DNA of 64,000 bases from Chiloscyllium plagiosum (lineage: Eukaryota): positions 8,403,023-8,467,022 of the forward strand of contig NC_057754.1 of the NCBI RefSeq assembly GCF_004010195.1, in the 5' to 3' direction. Of this stretch, positions 36,480 through 47,853 are shown in pieces. The position numbers and the translations under genes were made by a program. Position 1 is the first letter of the stretch. Each line of letters begins with the position of its first letter. The notes beneath the pieces were generated by a model. The model did not search any database. It had not been told where the DNA came from and worked only from the letters and a program-made list of their open reading frames with translations.

Positions 36480-37950
36480 CAGAAATGTAAGTAATATAAT
36501 TGGCGGCATGTGAATTCTGCTGGGAGACACATCGGCTTCTCTATTTGCAGGTTCTATGCATAAAGCAATGTCCTTTTTTATATCCTGATTACACTAAAGA
36601 AAGGAAGCATTTGCACAGTTGCCTCATCAGTTTCTTTTATAGGACATGCCATCTCCTTTTGTGGTCTCTACTCTACACTCGTCTAGCCTTGCGCTGATTA
36701 TGTTACTTTCTATTTCTACAGCATACGTTATATTTAATGTAATAATTCTCTCTACCTACCCCAATATTTTCTCCTGTACATAGTGCCCTGCCAGGTGTTG
36801 ATGGTATAACAGGGATTATTAATCCAGTACCAATTATACCAACAATTATCCATAAAACATTCAACATTAACATTATGTACATGAGTTAGCATTATGAGGT
36901 GGCATCCAGTTAATCCACGGTCTTTATGTTATGAAAGATTGTATAATTTGTTACCCACAAGGGAACCACCCCCTTATTAATCAGCCTTAGATTTTCCTTG
37001 ACTCTTTAAGCAGCACGATCCATAGGCACTGCAACCATCATTCCGAGATGTTTTCTTCCCTAATTTACTTAATCTATTCATGGTGCCTGCATGGCTTTAC
37101 AGTAGAGTGGATGAATTTTGTTTCAACTTTGTCAGGCCCTTGTTTATATTAATTGCCTGCCTTGAATTCTTTGCTCTTCTGTTGGGATTGCCTTCTGGCA
37201 GGAGCTCAGGATTAGACCTTCTGGTCCACAGTTGCACGATTTATAGGGTTAACTATGGATGCAACGGAATTAAAAGCAGTGATATGCCAGTCATCAAACT
37301 GCGTTTGGATCTAACTTTCCCAGGGAAGCTGAGAATGCAGTCACTGGATGAGACACCACCGCCACATTGATTTGAACTGCTTCAATCGTCAGGGTGAAAG
37401 TGAGGACTGCAGATACTGGAGATTAGAGTCAAGAGTGTGGCGCTGGAAAAGCACAGCAGGTCAGGCAGCATCCGAGGAGCAGTAAAATCTATGTTTCAGG
37501 CAAGATCATGTATATATCTGTGGTGTGAGATGAACCATTGGGACAGGCTAATACCAGGAATGATTAGGGCAACAGGTTTAGATTTTCATCCTATTTTATT
37601 TCATTCATTAATGTCAGATCGTTTCTGGTCCAGGAGTTTTGCTTGGACAAAATAGCTCAGATGGCACTGGTGGTGAAACTCTTAACTGTTGGGTAGGGGC
37701 TTGGTTGTGGCGTTGTGGAAGGAGGTGAGGTTGTCGGGACAATTTTTTTCCTTCGGGTGGATTTCCCACCTGCACCGTTCATTGCTGTTTCCTTGTTAAC
37801 AAAGAGGTGGACACAAATGTCCCATCCAATATTCAAACGAGTGGAATTCACAACCTGGGCATAAGCCATCAAGCATGCCATGTAAACATGCCTGTTCTTT
37901 TCACAAACCAGTTCAGACTCTTCTTCTTCCCAATTTGTTCTCATATTGTT
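36480..37950 (-). pseudogene. Candidate decayed retroviral-type envelope gene
   Basis: S/T/P-rich N-terminal segment; furin-like RSKR (37301-37312) followed, with one frameshift, by SLMTGI/TAFNSVASIVNPIN..TVDQKV; then CSAYG..LL..VKENLRLINKGVVPLWVTN, GLIIPVIP and ENIG. Recognised by eye only. Confidence 0.42.
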
Positions 37951-38574
37951 GTGTTCAGCCTTTCATGCGATGTGCTGCATTCTGCCTTTGAGATGTAACC
38001 AAGTCCCTCTTGTATTCCAGTACTGATCACTGCTCTCCTGACCAGGATCAAGACGTCCCTGAAGGGCTAAAACCCACTCCCGCCATTCTGCAATCGATGC
38101 TCAACAATTAGTGTTAGTCTTGAAGCTCGAAATCAATTGTAAATGCTTCAGCTGTGACTTGAGCTTCCAGCACCTTCTACCTTTTCAGATTCACACAGGT
38201 GCAACTGTCACTGGGCATAATAATCTCAAACATATTTCAGTGTGAATCCAGGCTTGTCAGGTGCTATTTAACCATTACCTTCTCTTCAAATCGCAGTGCC
38301 CCAGCTTGCTTGGTCACAGTAACTCCCTTCCATATTGTGTGCTGTCTGCTAGCCTCTGACCTCCTGCCCTAGCTTATGCAATTATTTGTACAATTCTCCT
38401 GTTTCACTCTCTCCCTATCACTGGTCCTAACTGCTCTCTCACTGCTGCAACATCCCCTCGCAGTCTCATAGCTGCTCTTGTCATTAACTTGTATGCAGTC
38501 ATCCCGCTCAGTGATGCTCAGAGTCCCATCACCTCCACCAGCATTATTCAAGCAATGGTTGCAGCTGAAAAATG

Positions 38575-39200
38575 TCAGGTGGGAAACACTTCTACCCATT
38601 GAGTAAATTTGTTGATGATGGGGAGAGATGGAACTGTTACAAACTGGACATGTTGCACCTGGGCAGGGCCAGGACTGATGACCCAGGGCAAGTAATAGCT
38701 AGTGTGGTTTGGGGCAGGTTTGAAGTAAAATGGCAAGGGGGCAACCTCAGTGGCATGACACGGGAAACAGAAACAATGGAAAGAGGAGAAAGAACAGTAC
38801 AGTAAAATGCAAAAATGGTAGATAGGGTAATCAAGGGTGAGAAGCAACCTGAAAAGTTAGCATCATTCAAAAGAAAGAGAGCCTAAAAGCTTTATCCTCT
38901 CAATGTACAAAGCATTCAGAATAAGGTAGATGGACTGACTGTGTAAATGGAGGTAAATGGATATGATCCTTTAGCCATCACACAGACATGGTTACAGGGA
39001 AATCAGAACTGGAAACGTAACATTCAGGGACATTTGACTTTTTGGAAAGATGTGAGGGTGGAGTGGAACTGTCAGAAAGAGCTGAAACAAGGACAGTGGT
39101 GAGAGATGCTTGTATGATGTAGTCAACGGGAGTGAAAGTAAATAACAGCATGGCAAAGATGACACTGGTTGGAATAAAGACTGTAGATCCCCAAAACATT
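38575..39200 (+). mobile_element. CR1 ORF1 esterase end and ORF2 endonuclease start
   Basis: RWNCYKLDMLHLGRART (DxxH esterase-like motif); N..SIQNKVD..YD..AITQTWLQG. Confidence 0.7.
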
Positions 39201-39304
39201 CCTTAGATGATACATACTTTATGAAGAAAATAACTTTAAAACCATCAAGAAAACAATGATACTGATTTTTAATAAATCCCTACAGTGTCGAATCAGGCAA
39301 TTTG

Positions 39305-39462
39305 GGTTTATTTGGAAGCACTAGTTTTCGGAGCACTGCTCCTTCATCAGGTGGTTGTGACTCCGAAAGCTAGTGCTTCCAAATAAACCTTTTGGACTCT
39401 AACCTGGTGTTGTGATTTTTAACTTTGTACTGCCCAGTCCAACACCGGCGTCTCCAAATCAT
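39305..39462. mobile_element. Penelope pLTR-derived hairpin, family D, with a hammerhead core on the minus strand
   Basis: Arms GGTTTATTTGGAAGCACTAG / CTAGTGCTTCCAAATAAACC. Minus strand 39350-39321 reads CTGATGA-A-GGAGC-AGT-GCTCC-GAAAA-CTAG. Confidence 0.72.
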
Positions 39463-39509
39463 TTCAATAAGGAAAGTAACTATAGAGGTGCAGAATTTCT
39501 CTGCTTCCT

Positions 39510-39860
39510 GAATGAGATGTACAGCACGGAAACAATAGACCCTTCAATCCAACTCATCCGTGCTGACCAGATATCCCAACCTAACCTCGCCCCACCTGCC
39601 AGCATCCGGCCCATATCCCTCCAAACCCTTCCTATTCATATACCCATCCAAATGCCTTTTTAATGTTGCAATTGTACCAGCCTCCACCACTTCCTCTGGC
39701 AGCTCATTCCATATACGTACCACCCTCTGAGTGAAAAAGCTACCCCTTGAGTCTCTTTTATATCTTTCCCCTCTCACCCTAAACCTATTCCCTCTAGTTC
39801 TGGACTCCCCCACCCCAGCGAAAAGACTTTGTCTATTTATCCTATCCATGCCCCTCATGA
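39510..39860 (-). mobile_element. CR1 (HER1-like) 3' end
   Basis: SRTRGNRFRVRG..FFTQRVVRIWNELPEEVVEAG. Confidence 0.88.
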
Positions 39861-40252
39861 TTGCACATATTCTAGAAGTGAATGAAGAGTAAAATTATGT
39901 TGAAATAATTTGCAATTTTGTTCAGACAACGGACAGATAGATTTTTCGTAAACTATTAAGGATAATGCTGATTGAACAGTGACAAAAGCAATTGGCTTTC
40001 TATCCGAAGCCAGACGAAATACTTCATCTTATTGACGTACTACAGACATTTTTTTTGCTGCAGTAAAGCGGTAGTGAATTCTCTTTGACACTCGCAGACA
40101 GCCATGTTTATTTTGTATGTGGTTCTGGACCTCTCGTGCTTTAAGTACGCGTAGAATCCAAGTGCAGAAAAAAAGCTAACATTAATGGGACGAGTATTTT
40201 TTAAAATACTTCTGTTTTGAGAAACAGTCATACCGGACTAGAAACGTTAACT

Positions 40253-40384
40253 TCCTGAAGAAGGGCTCATGCCCGAAACGTCGGTTCTCCTGCTCCTTGG
40301 ATGCTGCCTGACCTGCTGCGCTTTTCCAGCAACACATTTTCAGCTCTGATCTCCAGCATCTGCAGACCTCACTTGCTCCTTTAA
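40253..40384 (+). mobile_element. Family A insert with an intact hammerhead core (40255-40282), nested in another pLTR-derived repeat
   Basis: CTGAAGA-A-GGGC-TCAT-GCCC-GAAAC-GTC. TSD AAACGTTAACT at 40242-40252 and 40385-40395. Confidence 0.82.
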
Positions 40385-40494
40385 AAACGTTAACTATTTG
40401 TTTATCTATGAAAGCAGACCTGCTCAGTTGCTCCAGGCATTTGTTTCAGATTCACAGCATCAGCAGTGTTTTGCTTTTATTCAAGTACTTTTGG

Positions 40495-40830
40495 ATGGGC
40501 GGCTTCTGTTCAGTTAATTGTTGGCCGTCCCTAACGACGCAAATCAAAGCCAATGGCGGCCAGAATTCCCACAATTCACCGCGACGCAGAAACCGCCCGA
40601 GCTCATTTCCCCAGGGGTGGGAAGTGCGCATGCTTGACTTTTTGCCAGGCGCGGGGCATTGTGGGGGTTCCTTTGTTATGGCTCGGGCTCAGTGGAAGCG
40701 GTGCAGAGGATGGAAGGGGCGCTGCACTGAGGACTAGGGAAGGCCATTCACATTGTCGCCCAGCTCTCATTGCCCTTCGACTGAGTGACTCTGTCCAGAC
40801 CATTTCTCAGAGCAGCTAACCGCTCGACAA
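40495..40830 (+). promoter_or_regulatory. CpG-rich promoter, probably of the 7-finger gene
   Basis: CCAAT/YY1-like CCAATGGCGGC (40550-40560); ZNF143/Staf-like TTCCCACAATTCACCGCG (40566-40583) and an inverted CCCCCACAATGCCCCGCG (40650-40667); NRF1-like TGCGCATGC (40625-40633). Assignment to the gene ~6.5 kb downstream is inference. Confidence 0.65.
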
Positions 40831-41340
40831 CGTTGCTGTGGATCTGCATTATCATGTAGGCCGGACCAGGTAAGGAAGGCAGATTTTCATCCTAAGGCGG
40901 TGTCAATAAAGCAGATTTTTTTTTTCTCTCAATAACTTGATGGTAGCTCCATTATCATTATTAAGGCCAGCTTTATAATCCGGATTTATTATTTGGTTTT
41001 GAATTCCGATTCCACCGACAAACATGAACCTGCGCACCTCCCCCCCCGTCCCCAGAGCATTAAAATAAAACAAAGAACGTGCAGATGCTGGCAAGCTGAA
41101 ACAGCTCTGAAGATGGGTCACCAGACTCGAAGCATTAACTCTGCTTCCTCTCCACAGATGCTGCCAGACATGTTGAGTTTCTCAAGCCATTTCTGCTTTT
41201 GCTCCCACCCAAAGCACTAGCCTGGGCCTCTTGATTACTGCTTCAGTGACCTGACCGTCTGCCTCTGGCATATCCTTTGTCCCCTTTGTTCTCCCCAACG
41301 TGGATACCACATTCTGATTTTCTTAAATTCTTTTTGAGGC

Positions 41341-41480
41341 CCTGAAATCCCTGTGGCAGGGTCATTTTGGCAAGTAGGGATTGACTGTCCTGAACTCCAC
41401 ACGACAGGGTCTGTCAGTGACTGGGGATTAACTTGTGCTGAGCTAATTGTGACAGGGTCATGTTGGGATTCAGGGATTGT
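41341..41480 (+). repeat. Degenerate ~48-bp minisatellite (3 units)
   Basis: Units start at 41341, 41389 and ~41437: CCTGAA.TCC.TGTGACAGGGTCATGT..G.GA.T.GGGATTGACT. Confidence 0.65.
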
Positions 41481-41519
41481 ACAAATTAAAAATCACAAAG
41501 GAGCAATTCAAATTGCTGG

Positions 41520-44500
41520 GAGAACATAAAACAGTACAGCGCAAAAGAGAACCTTCGGGCCACCATGTCTGCACCGACCAGAATGCTGTTCTTAATGAAG
41601 TCCATCTGCCTGCACACTACCTGTATCCCTCTCTTCCCTACCTTTCATGTGTCCCTCGAAATGCTTCTAAAACATTGCTATCATATTTGCTTCTACCACT
41701 GCCAGTGTGTTCTAGGCACCTCCCACTAACTATGTATTTAAAGAAAATAAATTGCCTTGCACATCGCCATTAAACTTTCTCAGTAACCTTTAAGCTTAAT
41801 ATTTGTTGTTTTCATCTCAGGAAAAAGACTCCCAACTATCCACCCTATCCTTACCTCTCATATTTTTATATACTTTTATTAGCATTGCTTAAGCACAAAC
41901 AATCTAAGTTTGCCCAACCTCTCCTTATCGTTAATGCATTCCAATCCAGGCAACATCCTGATAAACTTCTGTTGCATTTTCTTTAATACCTCCACATCCT
42001 TCCTGTAGTGTGGCATCCAGAACTGCACACAATACTCCAAATGTGGCCTATCTAAAGTCTCGTACAGTTGCACCATGACTTGCCAACTTTTATACTGCAT
42101 GCCACACCCCTTCTCTACCACCTTACCCGCTTGTGCTGATTAGGGAGTATGGACTTGCACCCCAAGATTCCTCTAAATCAATCAGTAAAGGTCCTGCCTT
42201 TTACTGTATATTTTTCTTTTGCGTTTGACCTTTCAAAATTCATCAGCTCACACTTATCGGGGTTAAGCCCATCTGCCATTTCAGTGCCCCACTTTCTAAC
42301 TGATATTTATCCTGCTGTATCCTTTGACAACCTTCCCCAATGTTTACAATTTCACCAATTTTCATATTGTCCGCAACTACCCACTGTCTTCTATGACCAA
42401 GCCAATTTTGTATCAAACTTACCAACTCACCGTGGATCCCATGTGACTTGATTTCCTTGACCAGCCTGCCATGAGAGACTTTGTCAAATCTTTTAGAAGC
42501 TTTTTATGTAGACAACATCTACTGCCCTACACTCATCAATTATCTTTGTCACCTTTTCAAAAACCTCAATTAAATTTATGACAGGACAAAACAAAGTCTT
42601 GATATTATCCCTAATAAGTCCATTGTTTTCCAAGTGCAAGTAAAGATTCTTTTTCTCAAATGCATGTGTACTATAGGTCCTCTGATGAAGAGCTGGTGCC
42701 CGAAACATCAATTCTCCTGCTCCTTGGATGCTACCTGACCTGCTGTGCTTTTCCAGCACCCCACACTCTCGACTAGTGATCCTCTGAGTCCAAAGTAGAA
42801 GAGCAGATATTTAGGTAAATTCAAAGAGGCGTAAAAGTAATCGAGTAGTGTTAGGGATTTCACCTTCTCCCCTCCCACAACGTAAACTGGGATGGTCATT
42901 GTGTGAAAAGTTTGGAGGGAGCAGAATTCTTCAAATGCATCTAGGAGAGCTTTTTAGGCCAGTACCTACCAGACTATGAGGCCAGAACCTGTGGGTCCTG
43001 GACTTAATTTTCGATAATGAAGCTGGGAAAGTAGTTGAACTATCAATGGGAGAACATCTTGCAGGCAGTGATCATAATTCTGTTACGTGGGTGGCACGGT
43101 GGCTCAGTGGTTAGCACTGATGCCTCACAGCACCAGGGTCCCAGGTTCGATTCCAGCCTCGGGCAACTGTCTGTGTCGAGTTTGTGCATTCTCCCCGTGT
43201 CTGCGTGGGTTTCCTCCCACAGTCCAAAAATGTGCAGGTCAGGTGAATTGGCCATGCTAAATTGCCCATAGTGTTAGGTGCATTAGTCAGAGGGAATTGG
43301 GTCTGGGTGGGTTACTCTTCGGAGGGTCAGTGTGGACTTGTTGGGCCGAAGGGCCTGTTTCCACACTGTAGGGAATCTAATCTAATCTAAAATTGCAAGG
43401 GAAAAGAACCAGAATTGCCTGAAATAATTGTTCTCTATTGTGGGTAGGCCACTTTAAATAAAACCAGGTATAATTTGGCTAGAGTGGACGGAAAGAAGAT
43501 CCTGTCAGGTAAATCAGTATCAAAGCAGTGGGACATATTCAAGAAGGAAATGGGGAGGAGGATAAGGCCAACATCTTTAAAAAAAGACAAAGGGTCAGAC
43601 CAATAAATTTGATCCACAGGAAGAGGGAGGCTTATGGCAGATACTGAGGACTTAAAACACCAGAAGCCCCAGAAGTGTATAGAATATGAAAGGGAAAATT
43701 TAAAAAGGAAATTAGAAGTGTGGTATAAGAGGACAATGGCAGGTTAAATTAATGTCCTAAGTTACCTTTTAATGTTCTTGAAAAATAAAAGGATAACTAG
43801 GGAAAGAGTAGGGCCCACTGTGGGGTAATTTATGCATGGAGCCAGAGGATGTATGAAGGGTTCTAGATCAATACTTTCTGTTAGTGTTCACTAGTGAGAG
43901 GAACAATGTGGATACAGAAATCAGAGAATAGGACTGTTATATATTTAAATAAACTATCATAAACAAGTACTGAGTGGCCTAGCAGACTTAAAGGTAGATA
44001 AATCTGCTGGGCTGGGTGAAATGTAGCCAGGCTGTTGAGTGAGGTGGGCATGTGCAAAAAAAAAAATCATTTTCTCCTCTAGCTACAGGAGAGGTGCCAG
44101 AGCATTAGAGGACAGCTAATGTATCATTATTCAAGAAGGGCACAAGGGATGTACCAAGAAACTACAGGCTAGTCAGCCTAATCTCAGTAGTGGAGAAAGT
44201 GAGGACTGCAGATGCTGGAGATCCTGATGAAGGGCTTATGCCTGAAACGTCAATTCTCCTCCTTGGATGCTGCCTGACCTGCTGTGCTTTTCCAGCACCA
44301 CACTCTCGACTCCAACCTCAGTAGTGGGGAAGCTATTGGAACCAAGTCTGAGGGACAGAATCTGCACTTGAAGAGGCAAAAACATGGTTTTATGAAAGGA
44401 AGGTTAGGGTTAGACCAACTTGATTGAAAGTTTCAAAGAGGTGACTGGATGGTGTAGATGAGGGCAATGCATTTGATGTTGTCTACCTGAACGTTTTGCA

Positions 44501-45210
44501 AAGTTTTTGATAAAGTTCTGTATGATAGACTGGTAACAAAGACAAGAGCACATGGATTCCAAGGAAATTTGGCAATTTCATTCCAGAATTAGCCAAGTGG
44601 CAGGAAGCAGAGGACCAATCGATGAGGGTGTTTTTGTGACTGGAAGCCTGTGCTGATTGGGCTCTGAAAGTTTCATTGTATATGTAAACCACAAACTTAC
44701 AATTTAGCCTTGAGTATATGAGGGTTGATCAGAAGATTTGCAGATGGTACAAGAACTGTTCTGAATAATGGGGAGGAAAGCTTTAATTACACAAGGATAG
44801 AGACAGGCTGATCAGTAGCAACTAGAATTCAATCAAGATAAGTCCAGGCGGGACAAATAAGGCAAGCGAATATATATTGAATAATAGGAGCCCAGGATAA
44901 AATTGAGGGGCGTAGACAGGAAGCAGCTTTTCTCCCCCTTAATAAAGGGATCAAGGACTGGGGCATTGTTTTAAGGTAAAGGTCAGAAGACTTAGGAGGA
45001 AAAATCCTTTTTTAACCAGAGAGTAGTGGGAATCTGCAGTTCATTGCCTGTAAGGATAGAGGAAGCAGAAATCCTCACTACATTTAAGAAACATTTAGGT
45101 GTAAAACTGTGACGGCATACAAGGCTATGGGTTGCTGGAAAATGGATTAGGTGATTGTTTTTGATTGAGCCTGTGCCAATGGCCCAAAAAGCCGCCTTCT
45201 GTGCTGTAGA
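41520..45210. mobile_element. CR1 fragments (- strand 41520-42660; + strand 42790-45210) with nested HE1 (43088-43390) and family A inserts (42682-42775, 44195-44312)
   Basis: RPHLEYCVQFWMPHYRKD; EN and RT remnants. Duplications TCCTCTGA and AA(T/C)CTCAGTAGTGG flank the inserts. Confidence 0.82.
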
Positions 45211-45233
45211 TCTCTTTTTGGCTGTAAATCTGC

Positions 45234-45420
45234 TTTGAACTCCCTGTGACTGGATCATGTCAGTGAGTAGGAATTGGTACTCTTATGACAGGATGACTTT
45301 GTTGAATGAGAATGGTCTGTCCTGAACGCCTTGTGACTGGGTCAGGTTGGTGAGTGAGGAATGACTATCCTGAATTTCCTCCCTCTCATAGGGTCCTGTT
45401 GGTGAGTGGAGATTGACTGA
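45234..45420 (+). repeat. Degenerate ~48-bp minisatellite (about 4 units), same family as 41341-41480
   Basis: Units at ~45234, ~45277, 45321 and 45369; three contain GTGAGT. Confidence 0.65.
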
Positions 45421-45556
45421 CGGACGGACTGACGGATTGTCCTGGGAACCCATAGGAAGACTATCTAAAAAGCTGGAGGTACAAGGGAGTAGCAAATTCA
45501 GTCAGCCTTCCTGCTGATTGAGAACTGGAAGCTGAGTGAGTCAGTGTGATAAATAG

Positions 45557-45652
45557 GAGAAAGCCCTTCCTGAAGAAGGGCTTATGCCCGAAATGTCGAT
45601 TCTCCTGTTCCCTGGATGCTGCCTGACCTGCGCTTTTCCAGCAACACATTTC
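45557..45652 (+). mobile_element. Family A Penelope-derived insert
   Basis: Hammerhead core from 45570 (GAAAT variant). Perfect TSD CAGTGTGATAAATAG at 45542-45556 and 45653-45667. Confidence 0.82.
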
Positions 45653-47262
45653 CAGTGTGATAAATAGTAATGTAAATATTTATTTTTACAAATTCACTTG
45701 GAGTTTTTTTTTAATTACAATTGAGTTTAATGCTTTTGTTAGGTAAATATCCTTTCTGTTTGTAGTGAACCACATTGCATCCCTGAGAAGATGCTGGTAG
45801 TTAATTCATTCATTGATGGGACTTTAACAGCTGCTGTAGTGGGGTGGAAGTGTGGAGGGAAAAGTTCTCGGACCACTCGTAGGTTGCAATCTAGTACTCG
45901 CCTTTATTGTAATTAAGCCAGCAAGAGAGCAATAGACAAAAATCCAGGGCATCAATCAGGGATCACCCTGAATATGCTAAAAACTGATCTCTGATTTCTA
46001 CCAGAAAGGCAGCATATTTTATAGGCTTTAAGTGTGTAACAATTTTACGTGTTGCATTCACACACAACGAAACGTTATGTTCTCATAAGTAAAAATAGAT
46101 AAAGCAAGCCAGTTAACAATGTTCTAACAATAATACTGGGAAGAAGCGTATACAGAAACATCTCCAAGCTTATGCAGAGACTCCTGCATTCTTGCAATTC
46201 ATGTTCTCACAGTCACTGTTCCTGCAGCTGCCATTTTGAACTTGTAAGACAAACCATTATTGCAGAATGGAGACTTACAAAATACAGACTTATAATTGTT
46301 GATTTCCCAATACTTTATCATAGCAACACTGACAGCTTTGTTAGGAAGGGCGTTCCAGGAATTTGACACAGGGATGGTGAAGAAATTGTTCCACCTCAAG
46401 ATGGCATGAGATCTGGAGGGAATCCCTGAGGGTTCTGATATTCCATTCACCCAGGAGGAATGGAGCCTGCGGCTGGCCTGAAGGAATTGGGAACACTTTG
46501 TAGAGCAGCAGACCCTGATTTCAGATTTGCAGCTCCCTGATTGGCAACTCCTCTTCCTTCCCTCACCCTGTCCCTTCCTCCCAGGAGCAAGCAGAGAGGA
46601 ACAGCCCTCATCTTGGGGCAGCAGCGGATCGGCGGGCAAAAGGAAAGAGAAATAAGAGATTCCGCTTTGCAGTAAATCACTGAGGCTTTGATGTCTGGTC
46701 AGGGGAGGTGGGTGGGAAGGATTCATTACCTGCTGTTGGAGGCTCCAAACCCAGAATTAGGCTCATTGATTTGGTAGCGAGGCCAGGCAGAGGACGGGGA
46801 GGGAGGGAGAAAACTGGGCAAGAAACGGGAGACATTAATTTGGATTTCAGCCCAGAAAGAGAAAATGTGTGGGACAGAAATTTACAACTTGGGGGAACAA
46901 GAGGAAAAAGTTTCATAGGAACTGGAATTATCTGTTTCAAATTTCCAACTTGTACTGACGGTTGATGACTTTTGTAAACTTGTTTACAGGGTTTTGAAAG
47001 GGGCCACTTGCAGATGAGAAACTCAAATCAAATATCACATTAAGACTTGACAGTCACTTACTCTGCGACTTGGACGTCATTGACCTTTGAGCTGAAAAGA
47101 AGACATTTGTGAACCAGTTACACAGCCTGAAAACAAACACTTTGCCCACTCACAGCGGCAAGAAACTGCTGTTTCTATAAATGTGTTCTGTATGAGGACA
47201 AGGCTTCAGCTGATTTATACACACTCCTCTCACAGCTAACCATTCACAAAGATACCAGCACA

Positions 47263-47853
47263 ATGGAGAAACCATGGAAATGTGGCGACTGTGGAAAGGA
47301 ATTCCGTTTTGCATCCCAGCTGGAAACTCATCAACGCAGTCACACCGGGGAGAGACCATTCCCCTGCTCAGAGTGTGGGAAAGGATTTATCAATTCGTCC
47401 TCTCTCCTGAGACACCAGCGGGTTCATGATGTGGAAAAGCGCTTTACTTGCACCGTGTGTGGAAAGGGGTTTAATCGATCATCCAACCTTCTCACACACC
47501 AGCGCATTCACACAGGGGAGCGGCCGTTCACCTGCTCGGAGTGTGGGAAGGGATTCACCAGTTCATCCCATCTTCTGAAACACCAACGTGGTCACACCGG
47601 GAGGAAGCCATTCACCTGCTCCCAGTGTGGGAAGGGATTCACTAACTCCACTGACCTTCTAACACACCAGCGAGTTCACACCGGGGAGCGGCCGTTCACC
47701 TGCTCGGAGTGTGGGAAAGGATTCACTCAATTGCAAAACCTAATGAGACACCACCGAGTTCACACGGGAGAGAAGCCGTTTATTTGCTTTGTGTGTTGGA
47801 AGCGATTCGCTGAATCACAGCATCTAAGGAGACACCAGCAAGTTCACAAGTGA
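47263..47853 (+). CDS. C2H2 zinc-finger protein, 7 fingers, 196 aa, no effector domain visible
   Basis: Intact ORF with 7 CX2CX12HX3H repeats and TGERP linkers. Acceptor TTTACAG|G at 46989 with TACTGAC at 46953-46959. Confidence 0.92.
   Translation: MEKPWKCGDCGKEFRFASQLETHQRSHTGERPFPCSECGKGFINSSSLLRHQRVHDVEKRFTCTVCGKGFNRSSNLLTHQRIHTGERPFTCSECGKGFTSSSHLLKHQRGHTGRKPFTCSQCGKGFTNSTDLLTHQRVHTGERPFTCSECGKGFTQLQNLMRHHRVHTGEKPFICFVCWKRFAESQHLRRHQQVHK

Noticed and set aside
46585..46707. Candidate non-coding exon of the 7-finger gene
   Set aside because: Good pyrimidine tract and AG but only a moderate donor; cannot be supported without transcripts.
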